Shown: positions 46,073 through 58,113, counted from the stretch's first letter. The stretch: 64,000 nt of DNA from Acutalibacteraceae bacterium (GCA_045536815.1 JAZSOH010000025.1:1-64000); one strand, 5' to 3'. Program-made: numbers and translations. Notes: generated from the sequence alone by a model not told the origin.

Positions 46073-46740
46073 TGGGTAAACTAATTGTTTTAGAGGGGCT
46101 TGATGGTTCCGGCAAGTCAACACAGCTAGAGCTACTCGAAAACGCTCTTAAACTTGAAAAGGTTAATTTTGAGACGGTTTCCTTTCCCGTTTATGATTTA
46201 CCGTCCTGTGCCCCCGTTAAAATGTATCTCGGTGGCGAGTTTGGTACAAAACCTGACGATGTAAATGCTTTTGCCGCATCAATTCTTTATGCGGTTGACC
46301 GCTTTGCAAGTTATAAAAAAACTTGGGGCAAGTTTTACGAGGAAGGTGGCCTTATACTTGCAGGTAGGTATGTTACTTCTAATGCAATTCACCAAACCTC
46401 TAAGCTTCCCGAAAATAAGTGGGAAGACTATTTAAACTGGTTATACGACCTTGAGTATGAGAAGGTACGTATACCAAAGCCCGACCTTGTAATTTATCTT
46501 AACGTTCCAATAAATGCAAGTCAAAAGTTGCTTTCGGGTAGGTATAATGGCGACGAAAATAAAAAAGATATTCACGAAAAGGATACCGATTATTTAAATC
46601 GCTGTCGAATGGCGGCGAGCTTTGTTGCCGAAAAATCCGGTTGGAAAGTAGTAGAATGTTATAAAGACGGCGAAATGCGAACAAGGGAAGATATCGCCGC
46701 CGAAATTTTACAAATTGTTAAAGAGAATATTGGAGAATAA
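46072..46740 (+). CDS. tmk: thymidylate kinase family protein
   Basis: LIVLEGLDGSGKSTQ P-loop. DRF lid region. Adjacent to thyX. Confidence 0.7.
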   Translation: MGKLIVLEGLDGSGKSTQLELLENALKLEKVNFETVSFPVYDLPSCAPVKMYLGGEFGTKPDDVNAFAASILYAVDRFASYKKTWGKFYEEGGLILAGRYVTSNAIHQTSKLPENKWEDYLNWLYDLEYEKVRIPKPDLVIYLNVPINASQKLLSGRYNGDENKKDIHEKDTDYLNRCRMAASFVAEKSGWKVVECYKDGEMRTREDIAAEILQIVKENIGE

Positions 46741-46741
46741 A

Positions 46742-47293
46742 ATGATATATTTATTTTTAGCAGAAGGCTTTGAGGAAACCGAAGCCTTAGCTACCCTAGA
46801 TATGCTTCGCCGAGCCGAGCTTTCAGTAGCTACGGTTGGCGTTGGAAGAAAGGTTGTTACAGGCTCACACGGGATTCCCGTTGTAGCCGACGTATTAGAC
46901 TGTGAAGTTTTCCCCGAGGAAAACCTTGATGCAGTTATTTTGCCGGGCGGTATGCCGGGCACCTTAAACCTCGAAAAAAGCGAGGTTGTAAATAAGTTTA
47001 TAGATTATGCCGTAAGTAATAATAAGCTTATTGCGGCAATATGTGCCGCACCTTCTATTTTAGGGCATAAAGGCCTTTTAGAAGGAAAGGAAGCTATTTG
47101 TTACGACGGCTTCGAAACACAGCTTTTCGGCGCAAAAATAAGCGATAAGCCGGTTGTAAAAGATGGGCAGTTTATTACCGCCGCAGGCGCGGGTGTAACT
47201 ATATTATTCGGTCTTGAAATTGTTAAACATTTTTGCGGTGAGGCCGAGGCAAATAGAATAAAGGATTCAATAAAATGCACCCACAAGATATAA
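46742..47293 (+). CDS. DJ-1/PfpI family protein
   Basis: IAAICAAP nucleophile-elbow Cys. 183 aa. Confidence 0.8.
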   Translation: MIYLFLAEGFEETEALATLDMLRRAELSVATVGVGRKVVTGSHGIPVVADVLDCEVFPEENLDAVILPGGMPGTLNLEKSEVVNKFIDYAVSNNKLIAAICAAPSILGHKGLLEGKEAICYDGFETQLFGAKISDKPVVKDGQFITAAGAGVTILFGLEIVKHFCGEAEANRIKDSIKCTHKI

Positions 47294-47901
47294 GAAAATA
47301 TAAAATTGAGCTTAGAGAACAGTGTAGACAAAGACGAAAGCTTTTAGACCCAAGCGAAAAGGCGGAAAAGGATTTAGCGATTTCGGAAAGGGTAAAAAAG
47401 CTTTACCAGTACCGCACCGCAAAGGTAATTATGGTTTACGTTTCTACACCAATTGAAATTGACACATTTAAAATAATTGAAAACGCCTTTAAGGATGGAA
47501 AACAGGTGGCTGTTCCAAGGTGTATACCTGAAACAAGGCAGATGGAGTTTCACTATATAACCTCTATAGACGAACTATCTCCCGGCACTTTCGGTGTGTT
47601 AGAACCGCCTGAATTTTATCCTGTTGTTACTGATTTTGCTTCCTCGCTTATGCTTGTACCGGGCTTTTTGTTTGATTCTTTTGGTTACAGACTAGGCTAT
47701 GGAAAAGGCTATTACGACCGCTATATGTCGCGTTATAACGGCTCTGCGGTAGGGCTTTGCTACTCTCACGAGTTAAAAAGGCATATGTATCACGGCAGAT
47801 TTGATAGGTGTGTTGATACACTAGTTAGTGACCAATGGATAAGGCGTACTAAAAAGCTTAGCGAAAAAAGAAATTTCGGGGGAAACTTTAGTGGAAGATA
47901 A
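47275..47901 (+). CDS. 5-formyltetrahydrofolate cyclo-ligase
   Basis: GYRLGYGKGYYDRY C-terminal signature. Confidence 0.75.
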   Translation: MHPQDIRKYKIELREQCRQRRKLLDPSEKAEKDLAISERVKKLYQYRTAKVIMVYVSTPIEIDTFKIIENAFKDGKQVAVPRCIPETRQMEFHYITSIDELSPGTFGVLEPPEFYPVVTDFASSLMLVPGFLFDSFGYRLGYGKGYYDRYMSRYNGSAVGLCYSHELKRHMYHGRFDRCVDTLVSDQWIRRTKKLSEKRNFGGNFSGR

Positions 47902-49114
47902 TAAGAAAATACCTGAAAAAACATTAGAAAATGAAAACATTTCGCCTTCAAATACAACCGAGGATTTTAACTATATTTTAGGTGATGAGGGCGGTTTTAG
48001 TATTAGTGATTTAGAAAAAATTGAAAGCGAGTCGCCAGTTTTTAAAGCAGATAGAAAAGATAAGAAAAGAAAGAACAAAAAGGCCAAAAAAGACACCTTT
48101 GGCGCTATAATTTGGGCCTTTGGCATTATTGCAGTTTCGGTTTTTCTTGCGGGCGGACTTATGTTTTTTGCCACCGAGTATTTAGGGCTGGGCTTTGGCG
48201 AACCAAAACAGTGCGTGGTTGACATTCCCGAAGGCTCGGGTACTAAGGTTATTGCCGAAGAGCTCCAAAAATCGGGCGCTATTTCAAGCCCGTTCCTCTT
48301 TAGAGTTTATAGTAAGCTTTCGGGTAACGACGGCACATATCAGTATGGTGTTTATAATTTTTCCAGTGAGCTTGGATATAAGGATATTGTAAGAAAGCTT
48401 AAAACCGAGGGGGCAAAGGCTAAGACCGTTAAGGTTACTATCCCCGAAATGTCGCGTATAGATGAAATTATGCAAATTTTGGAGGATAATGGCGTTTGCA
48501 CAAAGGCCGATTTTAGAAACGCAGTCGTAAATGGCAAATATGAGTTTGATTTTGTCAAGGAAATTCCTGTAGACCAGGTGCATTTTAAATTTGAGGGATA
48601 TCTTTTCCCCGATACTTATGATTTTTATTGTTACGATTCTAAAGAATGTGCCGAGCTTGCAATTTTAAAGATGCTCGAAAATACAAACGAAAAGCTAACC
48701 GAAGAGGTTAGGGCAAAGATAAAAGCTTCGGGTTATACAATTCACGAAGTTCTTACAATGGCATCTATAGTTGAGCTTGAAGCAAGTGCTTCGGTTAATG
48801 AAATGAATAATGTTGCAGCGGTTTTTTATAACCGTCTAACTTGGGATGAGCCCAAAAAACTTGGCTCTTCGCCTACAATGGATTACCCTTATGGTAATGG
48901 CAGATATGATACAAATATTATAGAGGGGCTTCCACCGGGACCGCTTTGTGCTCCGAGCGAAAGTGCAATTTTGGCGGCGGCAAACCCTACACCTAATTTT
49001 TCTGCCACCTATTTTGTAACCGATAGTGAAATGAATTTTTATTATAATAATTCGCTCTCGGCTCATAATCAAACTATTTCAAATTTAAAACAACAAGGAA
49101 AATGGTTAGGATAA
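47891..49114 (+). CDS. mltG: endolytic murein transglycosylase MltG/YceG
   Basis: N-terminal TM segment plus YceG domain (GVYNF…, FPDTYDFY). Confidence 0.8.
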   Translation: MEDNKKIPEKTLENENISPSNTTEDFNYILGDEGGFSISDLEKIESESPVFKADRKDKKRKNKKAKKDTFGAIIWAFGIIAVSVFLAGGLMFFATEYLGLGFGEPKQCVVDIPEGSGTKVIAEELQKSGAISSPFLFRVYSKLSGNDGTYQYGVYNFSSELGYKDIVRKLKTEGAKAKTVKVTIPEMSRIDEIMQILEDNGVCTKADFRNAVVNGKYEFDFVKEIPVDQVHFKFEGYLFPDTYDFYCYDSKECAELAILKMLENTNEKLTEEVRAKIKASGYTIHEVLTMASIVELEASASVNEMNNVAAVFYNRLTWDEPKKLGSSPTMDYPYGNGRYDTNIIEGLPPGPLCAPSESAILAAANPTPNFSATYFVTDSEMNFYYNNSLSAHNQTISNLKQQGKWLG

Positions 49115-49115
49115 T

Positions 49116-50348
49116 ATGAAAGATTTTAAATTACCCGAGCTCCTGGCTCCTGCGGGGGACCTTGTTAGGCTTAAAGCGGCGGTGCAATTTGGCGCCGATG
49201 CCGTTTACCTTGCGGGTGAAGAGTTTGGTATGCGTACTGCGGCGGCTAACTTTAGCCTAGAAGACCTTAAAAGCGGGGTTGAGTATGCTCATAAGAATGG
49301 TGTCAAGGTGCACGTTACTTGTAATACAGTACCACATAACGACGAAATTTTGAGGCTACCTGAGTATTTGGCCGCCTTAAATGATATAGGCGTTGACGCT
49401 ATTATTGCATCCGATTTAGGCAGTATGAACTTAATTAAAAAATATGCCCCCAAGGTTGAACTTCATATTTCGGTTCAGTCGGGCATAGTGAATTTTGAAA
49501 CAGCAAACGCTTTTTATGATTTGGGCGCCAAAAGGGTTGTGTTGGCGAGGGAGCTTTCTTTAGAAGAAATTGCCGAGATTAGAGCCAAAACAAACAAAAA
49601 TCTCGAAATCGAAGCTTTTGCTCACGGTGCTATGTGTGTTTCTTTCTCGGCTAGATGCCTTCTTTCCAGTTATATGACGGGCAGAGATGCTAATAGGGGT
49701 GACTGCGCTCAACCTTGCCGTTGGAGTTATGCCCTTATGGAGGAAAAACGTCCGGGTCAGTATTTCCCCATAACCGAAACCGAAAAAGGAACATATATTT
49801 TGAATGCCAATGACCTTTGTATGGCAGAGCACCTTGATAAAATGATTTTGGCGGGTGTAGACAGCATTAAGCTTGAGGGTAGAGCAAAGTCACACTATTA
49901 TACTGCCGCCGTTACAAATGCCTATAGAATGGCGCTTGATAGCATAAAAGAAAACGGTCTAGAAGGCTGGAAACTGCCCGACTCGGCCGCGGAGGAGCTA
50001 ACAAAAATTAGCCATAGGGGTTACTCAACAGGCTTTTATTTCGGTAGACCCGAGAATTCTCAAACCTATGAAAATGCGGGATATGTAAGGGACTTTACTG
50101 TTGCCGCAATTGTAACGGGATACGAGGACGGGATGATAGTTTGTGAAATGAAAAATAAGTTTGCGGTAGGCGAAACCTTTGACTGTTTAGAGCCTAGAAA
50201 AACTCCTTTTATTTTCACAGTAGACAAAATGTTTAACGATAAAAACGAAAAAATTGATGTTGCGCCTCACCCAACAATGACGGTTAAAATTCCGTTTGAA
50301 AGACCTTTGGAGGTAGGCTCACTTCTTCGTATGAAGGGTAGGTTATAA
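49116..50348 (+). CDS. peptidase U32 family protein
   Basis: MKDFKLPELLAPAGDL…, E.GARAV.L… U32 signature. Confidence 0.85.
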   Translation: MKDFKLPELLAPAGDLVRLKAAVQFGADAVYLAGEEFGMRTAAANFSLEDLKSGVEYAHKNGVKVHVTCNTVPHNDEILRLPEYLAALNDIGVDAIIASDLGSMNLIKKYAPKVELHISVQSGIVNFETANAFYDLGAKRVVLARELSLEEIAEIRAKTNKNLEIEAFAHGAMCVSFSARCLLSSYMTGRDANRGDCAQPCRWSYALMEEKRPGQYFPITETEKGTYILNANDLCMAEHLDKMILAGVDSIKLEGRAKSHYYTAAVTNAYRMALDSIKENGLEGWKLPDSAAEELTKISHRGYSTGFYFGRPENSQTYENAGYVRDFTVAAIVTGYEDGMIVCEMKNKFAVGETFDCLEPRKTPFIFTVDKMFNDKNEKIDVAPHPTMTVKIPFERPLEVGSLLRMKGRL

Positions 50349-50427
50349 GTCTTAAAATTTAATACTAATTTTAACACCTTTTGTTTATTTTTACCTGGTG
50401 GGGCAAAAATAGATAAGAGGTGTTTTT

Positions 50428-52017
50428 ATGTTGAAATTTTCAAGAGGTTTTAAGGTTAGAATTATCTTGATTTTGGCCTTTAATTTATTACTTGCACTTA
50501 TATCTATCGGTAGGGTTGCGGCTATTGTTTTGTCAGAAGATGACAGATATTTAAACAACACAGTTTCGGTTTTTTTGGAGAGCGGCAGGGGAGATTTTTA
50601 CTATACAAACGGTGAAAAAGTAACCTCTAACAAGACAAAATTTGCTAATGTTTTTTTACCTTGTAAGCAGGCTGAAGACACATATTTTTCTATGGCAAAC
50701 GAGAGCGAAAAGGCGGTTGGTGAAAAAACTTTTTCTAACAATAAACCTGCCGTTCTTTTACGGGAAGAAAAAATTTCAGGTACAGGAATATATGCAATTG
50801 AGGTTAGTGACAGGTACGAAAATTTTTCGTCAATGGAACATATAATTGGCTATATAAACGGAGAAAATGAAGGAGTTTTTGCTCTAGAAAAAGGATACAA
50901 CGATATACTAAAAAACAAAGAGCAAATTCGCGCCGAATTTTTTGTTGATGCAAAGGGGGAGTATCTTTTAGGGGTTTACCCTAAAATCTCGGGCACAAAA
51001 AATAAGAACAAGGTGCACCTTACTATAAACGCGGATATCCAAAAAATTTGTGATGGTGCAATGTCGGGCACTAAAAAAGGAGCAGTAGTTGTAAGTGAGA
51101 TAGAAAACGGAAAAATAAGGGCAATGGTTAGCAAGCCTAGTTTTGATATAACAAAACTTTCAGACTATCTTGAAAGCGAAGATTCTCCTTTTCTGAATAG
51201 AGCAACTGCGAGTTTCAGTGTTGGCTCGGTTTTTAAACCACTTATAGCGGCGGCTCTTTGTGAGAACAAAAAACAAAATTTCGTTCATAACTGTACGGGA
51301 AATAGCGAGATTTCGGGTATAAATTTTCACTGTTATAATCGTAGCGGTCACGGGGAGATGAAGCTTTATGACGCAATATGTCAGTCTTGTAACTGTTATT
51401 TCTATAATGCCGCAAATTTGCTTCCTCCCAAAAAATATACCTCTCTTGCAGCTTCTTTAATGTTTGGCAATAAAATAGAACTGGCAAATAGTATTACTGC
51501 CCCAAGTGGATATGTAACAAGTAGCAAAGAGCTTGAAAATCCCGCCGCACTTGCTAATTTTTCAATAGGTCAGGGTAGACTGCTTTTGTCTCCACTTGCT
51601 ATAAACAATCTTTACTGTGCAATAGCAAATGACGGTGTTTATTTTTCGCCAAGCATTATTGAGGGAATAACTGTTAACGGAAGACAAATAATGGAAGAAA
51701 GCGGGGTTAAAACAACAGTTTTCAGTAGCGCGACTGCTGCCGAGTTAAAACAGTATTTGTCGGGGGTTGTTTCGTTTGGAACGGGTAAAGCGGCAAGGCC
51801 TTATAGCGGTGGCGCGGCGGGTAAAACAGCAACCGCTCAAACAGGAAAATTTGTCGGCAAAACTGAAATAATCAATTCGTGGTTTTGCGGATTTTTCCCT
51901 CTCGAAAGTCCCAAATATGCTATTACAGTTTTTTTGGAAGATTTTAAGGAGGGGGATAATGCGGCGACCGAAATTTTTAAAAATATAGCCGATAGCATTA
52001 TCGCACTTGAAAGCTAA
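50428..52017 (+). CDS. class B penicillin-binding protein (transpeptidase)
   Basis: N-terminal TM segment. SVGSVFKP (SxxK), SCN and KTG motifs. Confidence 0.75.
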   Translation: MLKFSRGFKVRIILILAFNLLLALISIGRVAAIVLSEDDRYLNNTVSVFLESGRGDFYYTNGEKVTSNKTKFANVFLPCKQAEDTYFSMANESEKAVGEKTFSNNKPAVLLREEKISGTGIYAIEVSDRYENFSSMEHIIGYINGENEGVFALEKGYNDILKNKEQIRAEFFVDAKGEYLLGVYPKISGTKNKNKVHLTINADIQKICDGAMSGTKKGAVVVSEIENGKIRAMVSKPSFDITKLSDYLESEDSPFLNRATASFSVGSVFKPLIAAALCENKKQNFVHNCTGNSEISGINFHCYNRSGHGEMKLYDAICQSCNCYFYNAANLLPPKKYTSLAASLMFGNKIELANSITAPSGYVTSSKELENPAALANFSIGQGRLLLSPLAINNLYCAIANDGVYFSPSIIEGITVNGRQIMEESGVKTTVFSSATAAELKQYLSGVVSFGTGKAARPYSGGAAGKTATAQTGKFVGKTEIINSWFCGFFPLESPKYAITVFLEDFKEGDNAATEIFKNIADSIIALES

Positions 52018-52094
52018 AAAACGCTTATAAATAGGCGGTTTTTGTTGACATTATACTTAAAATTTAGTATAATATATAAAATAGTTATTAGAGG

Positions 52095-52982
52095 GTGTTT
52101 AATGTGGTAAAAAGCATGACCGGTTACGGCCGCTTTGAACTTTTAGATGGTACGGCTACCTATACTGTTGAGGTTAAGTCGGTAAACCACCGTTATTTTG
52201 AATTTTCTTGCCGCACTCCGCGCGGGTTTGCTTTTTTGGAAGAAAAGCTAAAGGCTTTCTTTTCTTCAAAAATTTCGCGTGGTAAGGTTGATGTTTTTGT
52301 TTCAATAAACGGTTTGGTAGAGGCTTCGGGTAAGGTTGCAGTTAATGAAGAATATGCCGCTATGTATGTTGATGCTTTAAAAACCCTTAAAAAACGCTTC
52401 TCTCTTTCGGGTAAAGTTTCTCTTGGCGATGTCGCCCGTAACAATGAGGTTTTTACAATTCGCCACGAAAAAATCGACGAAGAGGCAGTTTGGGAGCTTG
52501 TTAAAAAGGCTTCCGAGGGGGCCATAGAAGCTTTTGTTAATATGCGTAGTGTTGAGGGAAGTCGCCTTGCTGACGACGTTTTATCCAGATGTGATTTTAT
52601 ATTAGATAAGGTTTCGTTTATTGAAAAACGTTCCCCCGAAACAGTTAACGAATATAGAAATAGGTTAGAGGCAAAAATCAGGGAGCTTTTAAATGACAAA
52701 ACCGTTGATGAGCAGCGCCTTTTAACCGAAACGGCAATTTTTGCCGATAAGGTCGCGGTTGCCGAAGAAACCGTTCGTCTTAGAAGCCATATTGACCAAC
52801 TAAGAAAGCTTTTAAATGAAGAAGAGGCGGTTGGACGTAAACTTGATTTCGTTGTTCAGGAAATGAATCGTGAAACAAACACCATAGGTTCTAAAGCGCA
52901 GGATATTGATATTGCGCATACTGTTGTCGAAATTAAGGCCGAGATTGAAAAAATCAGGGAGCAAATTCAAAACATTGAATAG
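52095..52982 (+). CDS. yicC: YicC/YloC-family protein
   Basis: KSMTGYGRFE N-terminus. C-terminal DUF1732-like coiled coil. Confidence 0.8.
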   Translation: MFNVVKSMTGYGRFELLDGTATYTVEVKSVNHRYFEFSCRTPRGFAFLEEKLKAFFSSKISRGKVDVFVSINGLVEASGKVAVNEEYAAMYVDALKTLKKRFSLSGKVSLGDVARNNEVFTIRHEKIDEEAVWELVKKASEGAIEAFVNMRSVEGSRLADDVLSRCDFILDKVSFIEKRSPETVNEYRNRLEAKIRELLNDKTVDEQRLLTETAIFADKVAVAEETVRLRSHIDQLRKLLNEEEAVGRKLDFVVQEMNRETNTIGSKAQDIDIAHTVVEIKAEIEKIREQIQNIE

Positions 52983-52997
52983 TTTGGGGGCAAATTT

Positions 52998-53258
52998 ATG
53001 AAACTTATTAATATCGGTTTTGGAAATATGGTTTCTGCCGAAAGAATGGTTGCAACCCTGCACCCCGATTCTGCGCCCGTAAAACGTATAATTTCTGAGG
53101 CAAAGGAAAACGGCAATCTTATCGATGCTACACACGGTCGTCGCACTAAGGCGGTTATTATTACCGATAGCGACCATATAGTTTTAACATATCTTTCACC
53201 TGAAACTATAGCCTCTCGTGCCGAAGGGGAAGACGCTAAGGAGGAAATTTATGAGTAA
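52998..53258 (+). CDS. remA: DUF370 protein (RemA/YlzA-like)
   Basis: [19 protein letters not shown]…. Confidence 0.8.
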   Translation: MKLINIGFGNMVSAERMVATLHPDSAPVKRIISEAKENGNLIDATHGRRTKAVIITDSDHIVLTYLSPETIASRAEGEDAKEEIYE

Positions 53259-53859
53259 GGGTACAGTTTTTGTAATATCGGGCCCCTCAGGTTCGGGTAA
53301 GGATACAATTCTTTCTAAAATTTTAGAAAAAAGAAATGATTTGTACTTTTCCATTTCAAGCATAACAAGAAATATGCGCCCCGGTGAAATTCAGGACCAA
53401 AAATACCACTTTATTTCGGTGGAAGAGTTTGAAAAAGGTCTTGAAAATGGGGAGTTTTTAGAGTATAATAAATATTTAGAAAACTATTATGGAACTCCAA
53501 AGGCGCCTATAGAAAAACACATTGCTCTTGGCGATGATGTTTTAATAGAGGTTGACGTTAACGGTGCCGCGAAAATTAAAGAAAAGCTTCCATCTGCTGT
53601 TTTAATTTTTATTATGCCACCTTCGTTTGAAGAGCTTTATAAAAGGCTTAGCGGCAGGGGGACTGAGACCAAGGAGCAAATTGATGGACGTATGTCGGCT
53701 GCGCTTATGGAGATTTCAAAAGCAAGTGAATATGACTATATCGTTGTTAATGATAAAATAGAAGAGGCAACCAGTGATGTTTTATCAATAATGCGTACAT
53801 ATCGCTTAAAACTAAATAATCAAAAAAATATTATTGATGAGGTGCTAAATAATGCTTAA
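53251..53859 (+). CDS. gmk: guanylate kinase
   Basis: [10 protein letters not shown]-loop. TRNMRPGE…YHFIS. RBS AAGGAGG. Confidence 0.85.
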   Translation: MSKGTVFVISGPSGSGKDTILSKILEKRNDLYFSISSITRNMRPGEIQDQKYHFISVEEFEKGLENGEFLEYNKYLENYYGTPKAPIEKHIALGDDVLIEVDVNGAAKIKEKLPSAVLIFIMPPSFEELYKRLSGRGTETKEQIDGRMSAALMEISKASEYDYIVVNDKIEEATSDVLSIMRTYRLKLNNQKNIIDEVLNNA

Positions 53860-54034
53860 TCCCGCAATAGGAAAACTTATTAATTCAACCGAAAGCCGTT
53901 ATCAACTTGTTTTAGAGGTTGCAAAACAGGCTAGAGTAATCGCAGAGGAAAACGAAAACGAAACCGATAAGGCTTTGGAAAAGAGCGTTTCTCTTGCTAT
54001 AGACAAACTCGCAAATGAACGAGGTTTGCTTTAA
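53852..54034 (+). CDS. rpoZ: DNA-directed RNA polymerase subunit omega
   Basis: 60 aa. NSTESRYQLVLEVAKQARVI. Confidence 0.8.
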   Translation: MLNPAIGKLINSTESRYQLVLEVAKQARVIAEENENETDKALEKSVSLAIDKLANERGLL

Positions 54035-54159
54035 TTTATAGGTTTTCTAAGACGTGATATTGCTATGCAGTATCGCGTTTTGGCTTATTTTTAGGGGTTT
54101 GTTATGCCCTTAAAAAGTCTTTAAAAACCGCCATTTTTGAAAGGATAAGGGGCTTTGAA

Positions 54160-56613
54160 ATGGGTAAAACTTTAATTGCTAAAACAGTTATTGATAAAGC
54201 GACTTACCGATTTGATAAGCCGTTTGACTACATTATCCCAAAAGAACTAGAGTCGGTTATTAAAGTTGGCGCAAGGGTTACTGTTCCTTTTGGAAAGGGA
54301 AATACAAAAAGGGTAGGACTTGTTATAGAGATAAACGAGTTCGACGATTTTGATCTTAGGGGATATAAAAACTTAGGCTCGGTTATTGATAATCCTCCCC
54401 TTATTGATGATGAAATGCTTTGCATTATAAAATGGCTTAAAGAACATACTTTTTGCACATATTTTGATGCAGTGAAAACCCTTATACCCTTTGGCCTTAA
54501 TTTAAAAATTGTATCTACATTAAAGCTTTGTGATAATATTTCTCCTTCAAAACTGGCAAACCTTTCTTACGATGCAAACCTTGTAGTAGAGGCACTTAGA
54601 AAAAAGGGCGGAAGTATGGAGAAAAGCGCTATAGAGCGAAGGCTTGGCTTTACTGAAGACGCACCTTGCTTTTCAGAGCTTCTTAGGAAAGGCGTTGTTC
54701 TATGCGATGGTCTTGCAAAGCGCAATATGAAAGACCCTACCGTAAATATGGTATCTCTTGGCGAAGGGTATTTTGACGAAATTAAGCTAACCGCAAAACA
54801 AAAATCGGTTACCAATTTACTTTTAGATATTGGCACGGCTACGGTTAAAGAAGTATGCTATTTTGCGGGTGTTACAAGCGCTGTTATTACCGCCCTTGAA
54901 AAAAAGGGTATCGTAAACGTATATGCCGCTCCCTTCGAAAAAAATTACGAGGCAGAGGTTAAACAAAGTGTCGGTGAAATCACTTTAACAGATGAGCAAG
55001 AGGCGGTTTTTTCTAGTCTTAAAGAAGATTTAGTGAAAGGAAAATACAAAACTAACCTTTTGTATGGTGTTACCGGTTCGGGTAAAACAAGCGTATTTTT
55101 AAAGCTTGTTGACGAAACGGTTAAGATGGGCAAATCGGCAATTGTAATGGTGCCTGAGATTTCTCTTACACCGCAAACCCTTTCGAAATTTAAAAGTAGA
55201 TATGGCGACAAGGTTGCCGTTTTCCATAGCGCTATGTCGCTGGGACAAAGAATGGAATATTTTAAAAGAGCTAAGAGCGGAAAAGCGACTGTTGCCATAG
55301 GAACGAGGTCGGCGGTTTTTGCTCCAATTAAAAATCTTGGTCTTATAATTATGGATGAAGAGCAAGAGCATACCTATAAATCTGAACAAAGTCCAAGGTT
55401 TCACGCCAGAGATGTTGCAAGGCTTAGAGCGAAGTATAATAATGCTGCATTGCTTTTGGCTTCGGCAACTCCTTCGGTTGAAAGTTTTACATTAGCAAAA
55501 AACAACAGGTATGGACTGTTAAGCTTACCTCATAGATACGGTAGTGCAGTTTTGCCTGAGGTTGTAACCGTTGATATGAGAGAACAGTTAATCGCGGGTA
55601 ACACGGGGCTTTTTAGTAAGACTCTTATCGACGAGCTTGAGCATACCTTAAACAGTGGAAAACAGGCAATACTTCTTCTTAATAGAAGAGGGCATAATAC
55701 CTATATTTCTTGTCCCGCTTGTGGTACAGTTTTCAGTTGTCCAAACTGTAGTATTTCTTTAACATATCATTCCGCAAACAAAAGGCTTATGTGTCATTAT
55801 TGCGGTGGCTCATATTCTGTTCCCGAAAAATGTCCGACCTGTAATAACCAAAAACTAAGGTTTTCGGGTGCGGGAACACAACGCGCAGATGAAGAGCTTC
55901 TATCTATCTTTCCAAACGCTAGAGTGCTTAGGCTTGATGCCGATACAACACTTACGCGCGATTCGTTTGAAAAGGGGCTTACCGCCTTTGCAAATAAAGA
56001 ATATGATATTTTGCTTGGAACACAAATGGTAGCAAAGGGACTAGATTTCCCCGATGTTACATTGGTTGGTGTTTTGTCGGCCGACCAGTCGATGTTCAGT
56101 GATGATTTTAGGGCTTTTGAAAGAACCTTTTCACTGCTAACTCAGGTTATAGGCCGTTCGGGTAGAGGCGAGGAAAAGGGAAAAGCCATTGTGCAAACAA
56201 CAATTCCCGAAAGCGAAATCATAGGTTTCGCGAAAAATCAAGACTTCGAAGCCTTTTACGAAACTGAAATTTTAACAAGAAAACTTATGGTGTATCCGCC
56301 ATATTGTGATATTTTTATGCTGGGTGTTAGCGCAAATGGGCAAAATTCTGCGCATTTTGCAGCAAAAAAACTCTTTGAGATTATTAAGAAAATCCCCGAA
56401 AAAAGTAACAATAAAATAAAAATGATTATTTTGGGGCCAACCGTTGCTAATGTACCTAGGGTTAATAACAAATATCGTTATAGAATTTTAATTAAAACAA
56501 AAAACACATCAGAGCTTAGGGAATATATTTCAAAAGCGCTTTTAGAGTTTTACGAAAACTGTGATAAAACAGTTAGCGTTTTTGTTGATGTGAATCCCGA
56601 AAGTGTAATTTGA
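54160..56613 (+). CDS. priA: primosomal protein N' (replication restart helicase PriA)
   Basis: DEAH helicase motifs. Cys4 zinc fingers CPACG…CPNC, CHYCG…CPTC. Confidence 0.9.
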   Translation: MGKTLIAKTVIDKATYRFDKPFDYIIPKELESVIKVGARVTVPFGKGNTKRVGLVIEINEFDDFDLRGYKNLGSVIDNPPLIDDEMLCIIKWLKEHTFCTYFDAVKTLIPFGLNLKIVSTLKLCDNISPSKLANLSYDANLVVEALRKKGGSMEKSAIERRLGFTEDAPCFSELLRKGVVLCDGLAKRNMKDPTVNMVSLGEGYFDEIKLTAKQKSVTNLLLDIGTATVKEVCYFAGVTSAVITALEKKGIVNVYAAPFEKNYEAEVKQSVGEITLTDEQEAVFSSLKEDLVKGKYKTNLLYGVTGSGKTSVFLKLVDETVKMGKSAIVMVPEISLTPQTLSKFKSRYGDKVAVFHSAMSLGQRMEYFKRAKSGKATVAIGTRSAVFAPIKNLGLIIMDEEQEHTYKSEQSPRFHARDVARLRAKYNNAALLLASATPSVESFTLAKNNRYGLLSLPHRYGSAVLPEVVTVDMREQLIAGNTGLFSKTLIDELEHTLNSGKQAILLLNRRGHNTYISCPACGTVFSCPNCSISLTYHSANKRLMCHYCGGSYSVPEKCPTCNNQKLRFSGAGTQRADEELLSIFPNARVLRLDADTTLTRDSFEKGLTAFANKEYDILLGTQMVAKGLDFPDVTLVGVLSADQSMFSDDFRAFERTFSLLTQVIGRSGRGEEKGKAIVQTTIPESEIIGFAKNQDFEAFYETEILTRKLMVYPPYCDIFMLGVSANGQNSAHFAAKKLFEIIKKIPEKSNNKIKMIILGPTVANVPRVNNKYRYRILIKTKNTSELREYISKALLEFYENCDKTVSVFVDVNPESVI

Positions 56614-56683
56614 TAAGCAAAGTCGAAAAATACTTGTTTCAAAATCTGATTCAAGTTTAAATGCTTTGGCTAAGGAGGAAATT

Positions 56684-57127
56684 ATGGCAATTCGTAATAT
56701 AGTTAAAGAGGGCGACCCTGTTTTAAGAAAAACTTCGCGCTCGGTTTTACAGTTTGATGATAGACTTGCTCAGCTACTTGATGATATGTTTGACACCATG
56801 TATGATGCTGAGGGAGTAGGTCTTGCAGGCCCTCAGGTGGGCATACTTAAGAGGGTTTGTGTTATTGATATTGGGGAAGGCCCAATTGAACTTGTTAACC
56901 CTGTTATTGAGAAGGAAGAGGGAGAGCAGTTTGAGGTTGAAGGTTGCCTTTCGCTTCCCGGACAAAGCGGAGTCACGAAGAGACCAATGAAGGTTACTGT
57001 TCGCGCACAAAACCGTAAAGGTGAAAGTTATATTTTAAGCGGCGAAGGTCTTTTGGCTAGGGCGTTTTGCCATGAAATTGACCATCTTAACGGAATTTTG
57101 TACAAGGATAAACTTGTAAATAGATAG
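56684..57127 (+). CDS. def: peptide deformylase
   Basis: [18 protein letters not shown] and HEIDHLNG motifs. RBS AAGGAGG. Confidence 0.9.
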   Translation: MAIRNIVKEGDPVLRKTSRSVLQFDDRLAQLLDDMFDTMYDAEGVGLAGPQVGILKRVCVIDIGEGPIELVNPVIEKEEGEQFEVEGCLSLPGQSGVTKRPMKVTVRAQNRKGESYILSGEGLLARAFCHEIDHLNGILYKDKLVNR

Positions 57128-57158
57128 ATTCTAGTTCTTTAGATTTGGGGGAACTGTT

Positions 57159-58100
57159 TTGAATATTGTTTTTATGGGCACACCTGATTTTGCAGTGCCT
57201 TGTCTTGAAAGAATTGTAAGCGACGGTCACAAGGTTTCGGCGGTTTTTACACGCGCCGATAAACCTGTAGGCAGAAAAAAGGTTTTAACTTCGCCACCCG
57301 TTAAGGTTGCGGCAGAAAAATTAGGCTTAAAAGTATATCAACCCGAAAAAATAAGGGGTAATGAAGAGGTTTATTCCTTACTTTCTGATATAAATCCCGA
57401 TGTAATTGTTGTTGTGGCCTACGGCAGAATTTTACCAAATGAAATTTTGAATTTGCCAAAATATGGCTGTGTTAATGTACATGGCTCGCTACTTCCAAGG
57501 CATAGAGGCGCTTCGCCAATACAGTGGTCAATAGTTTGCGGCGATAAAAAAACCGGTGTTACGACAATGCTTATGGATGAGGGTATTGATACCGGTGATA
57601 TGCTTCTTACTGAGGAAATTGAAATCACCGATAATGATACCTATGAAACGCTTCATGACAAAATGTCAGTAGTTGGCGCAAATACGTTGAGTATTACTTT
57701 AGATAAGCTTTTAAAAGGTGAGATTACACCTAAAAAGCAACCAAGCGAGGGCGCAAACTATGCGCCGATTATCACAAAGCAAATGGGACAGCTTGACTTT
57801 TCAAAGACTGCAAACGAGCTTTACTGCCTTATTAGAGGCTTTACACCTTGGCCTCTTGCATATTTTTATTTTGAGGGTAGAAGATTTAAAATTTACGGTT
57901 CAAAAATGGGAGAAAGGACATCTCTTGCCGCCGGAACTGTGTACTATAAGCAAAATAGAATGTTCATTTCTTGTGCCGACGGTAGCTCTATTGAAATAAC
58001 CGAAATTTGTCCCGACGGTTCAAAGAAAATGGATATTTCAGCATTTAAAAACGGTAGATTTATCGAAGAGGGAGCGGTTTTAGAATTTAAGGCCGAGTAA
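57159..58100 (+). CDS. fmt: methionyl-tRNA formyltransferase
   Basis: TTG start. NIVFMGTPDFAVP…, HGSLLPRHRGASPIQ. Confidence 0.9.
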   Translation: MNIVFMGTPDFAVPCLERIVSDGHKVSAVFTRADKPVGRKKVLTSPPVKVAAEKLGLKVYQPEKIRGNEEVYSLLSDINPDVIVVVAYGRILPNEILNLPKYGCVNVHGSLLPRHRGASPIQWSIVCGDKKTGVTTMLMDEGIDTGDMLLTEEIEITDNDTYETLHDKMSVVGANTLSITLDKLLKGEITPKKQPSEGANYAPIITKQMGQLDFSKTANELYCLIRGFTPWPLAYFYFEGRRFKIYGSKMGERTSLAAGTVYYKQNRMFISCADGSSIEITEICPDGSKKMDISAFKNGRFIEEGAVLEFKAE

Positions 58101-58113
58101 AAGGGGTGAGGTT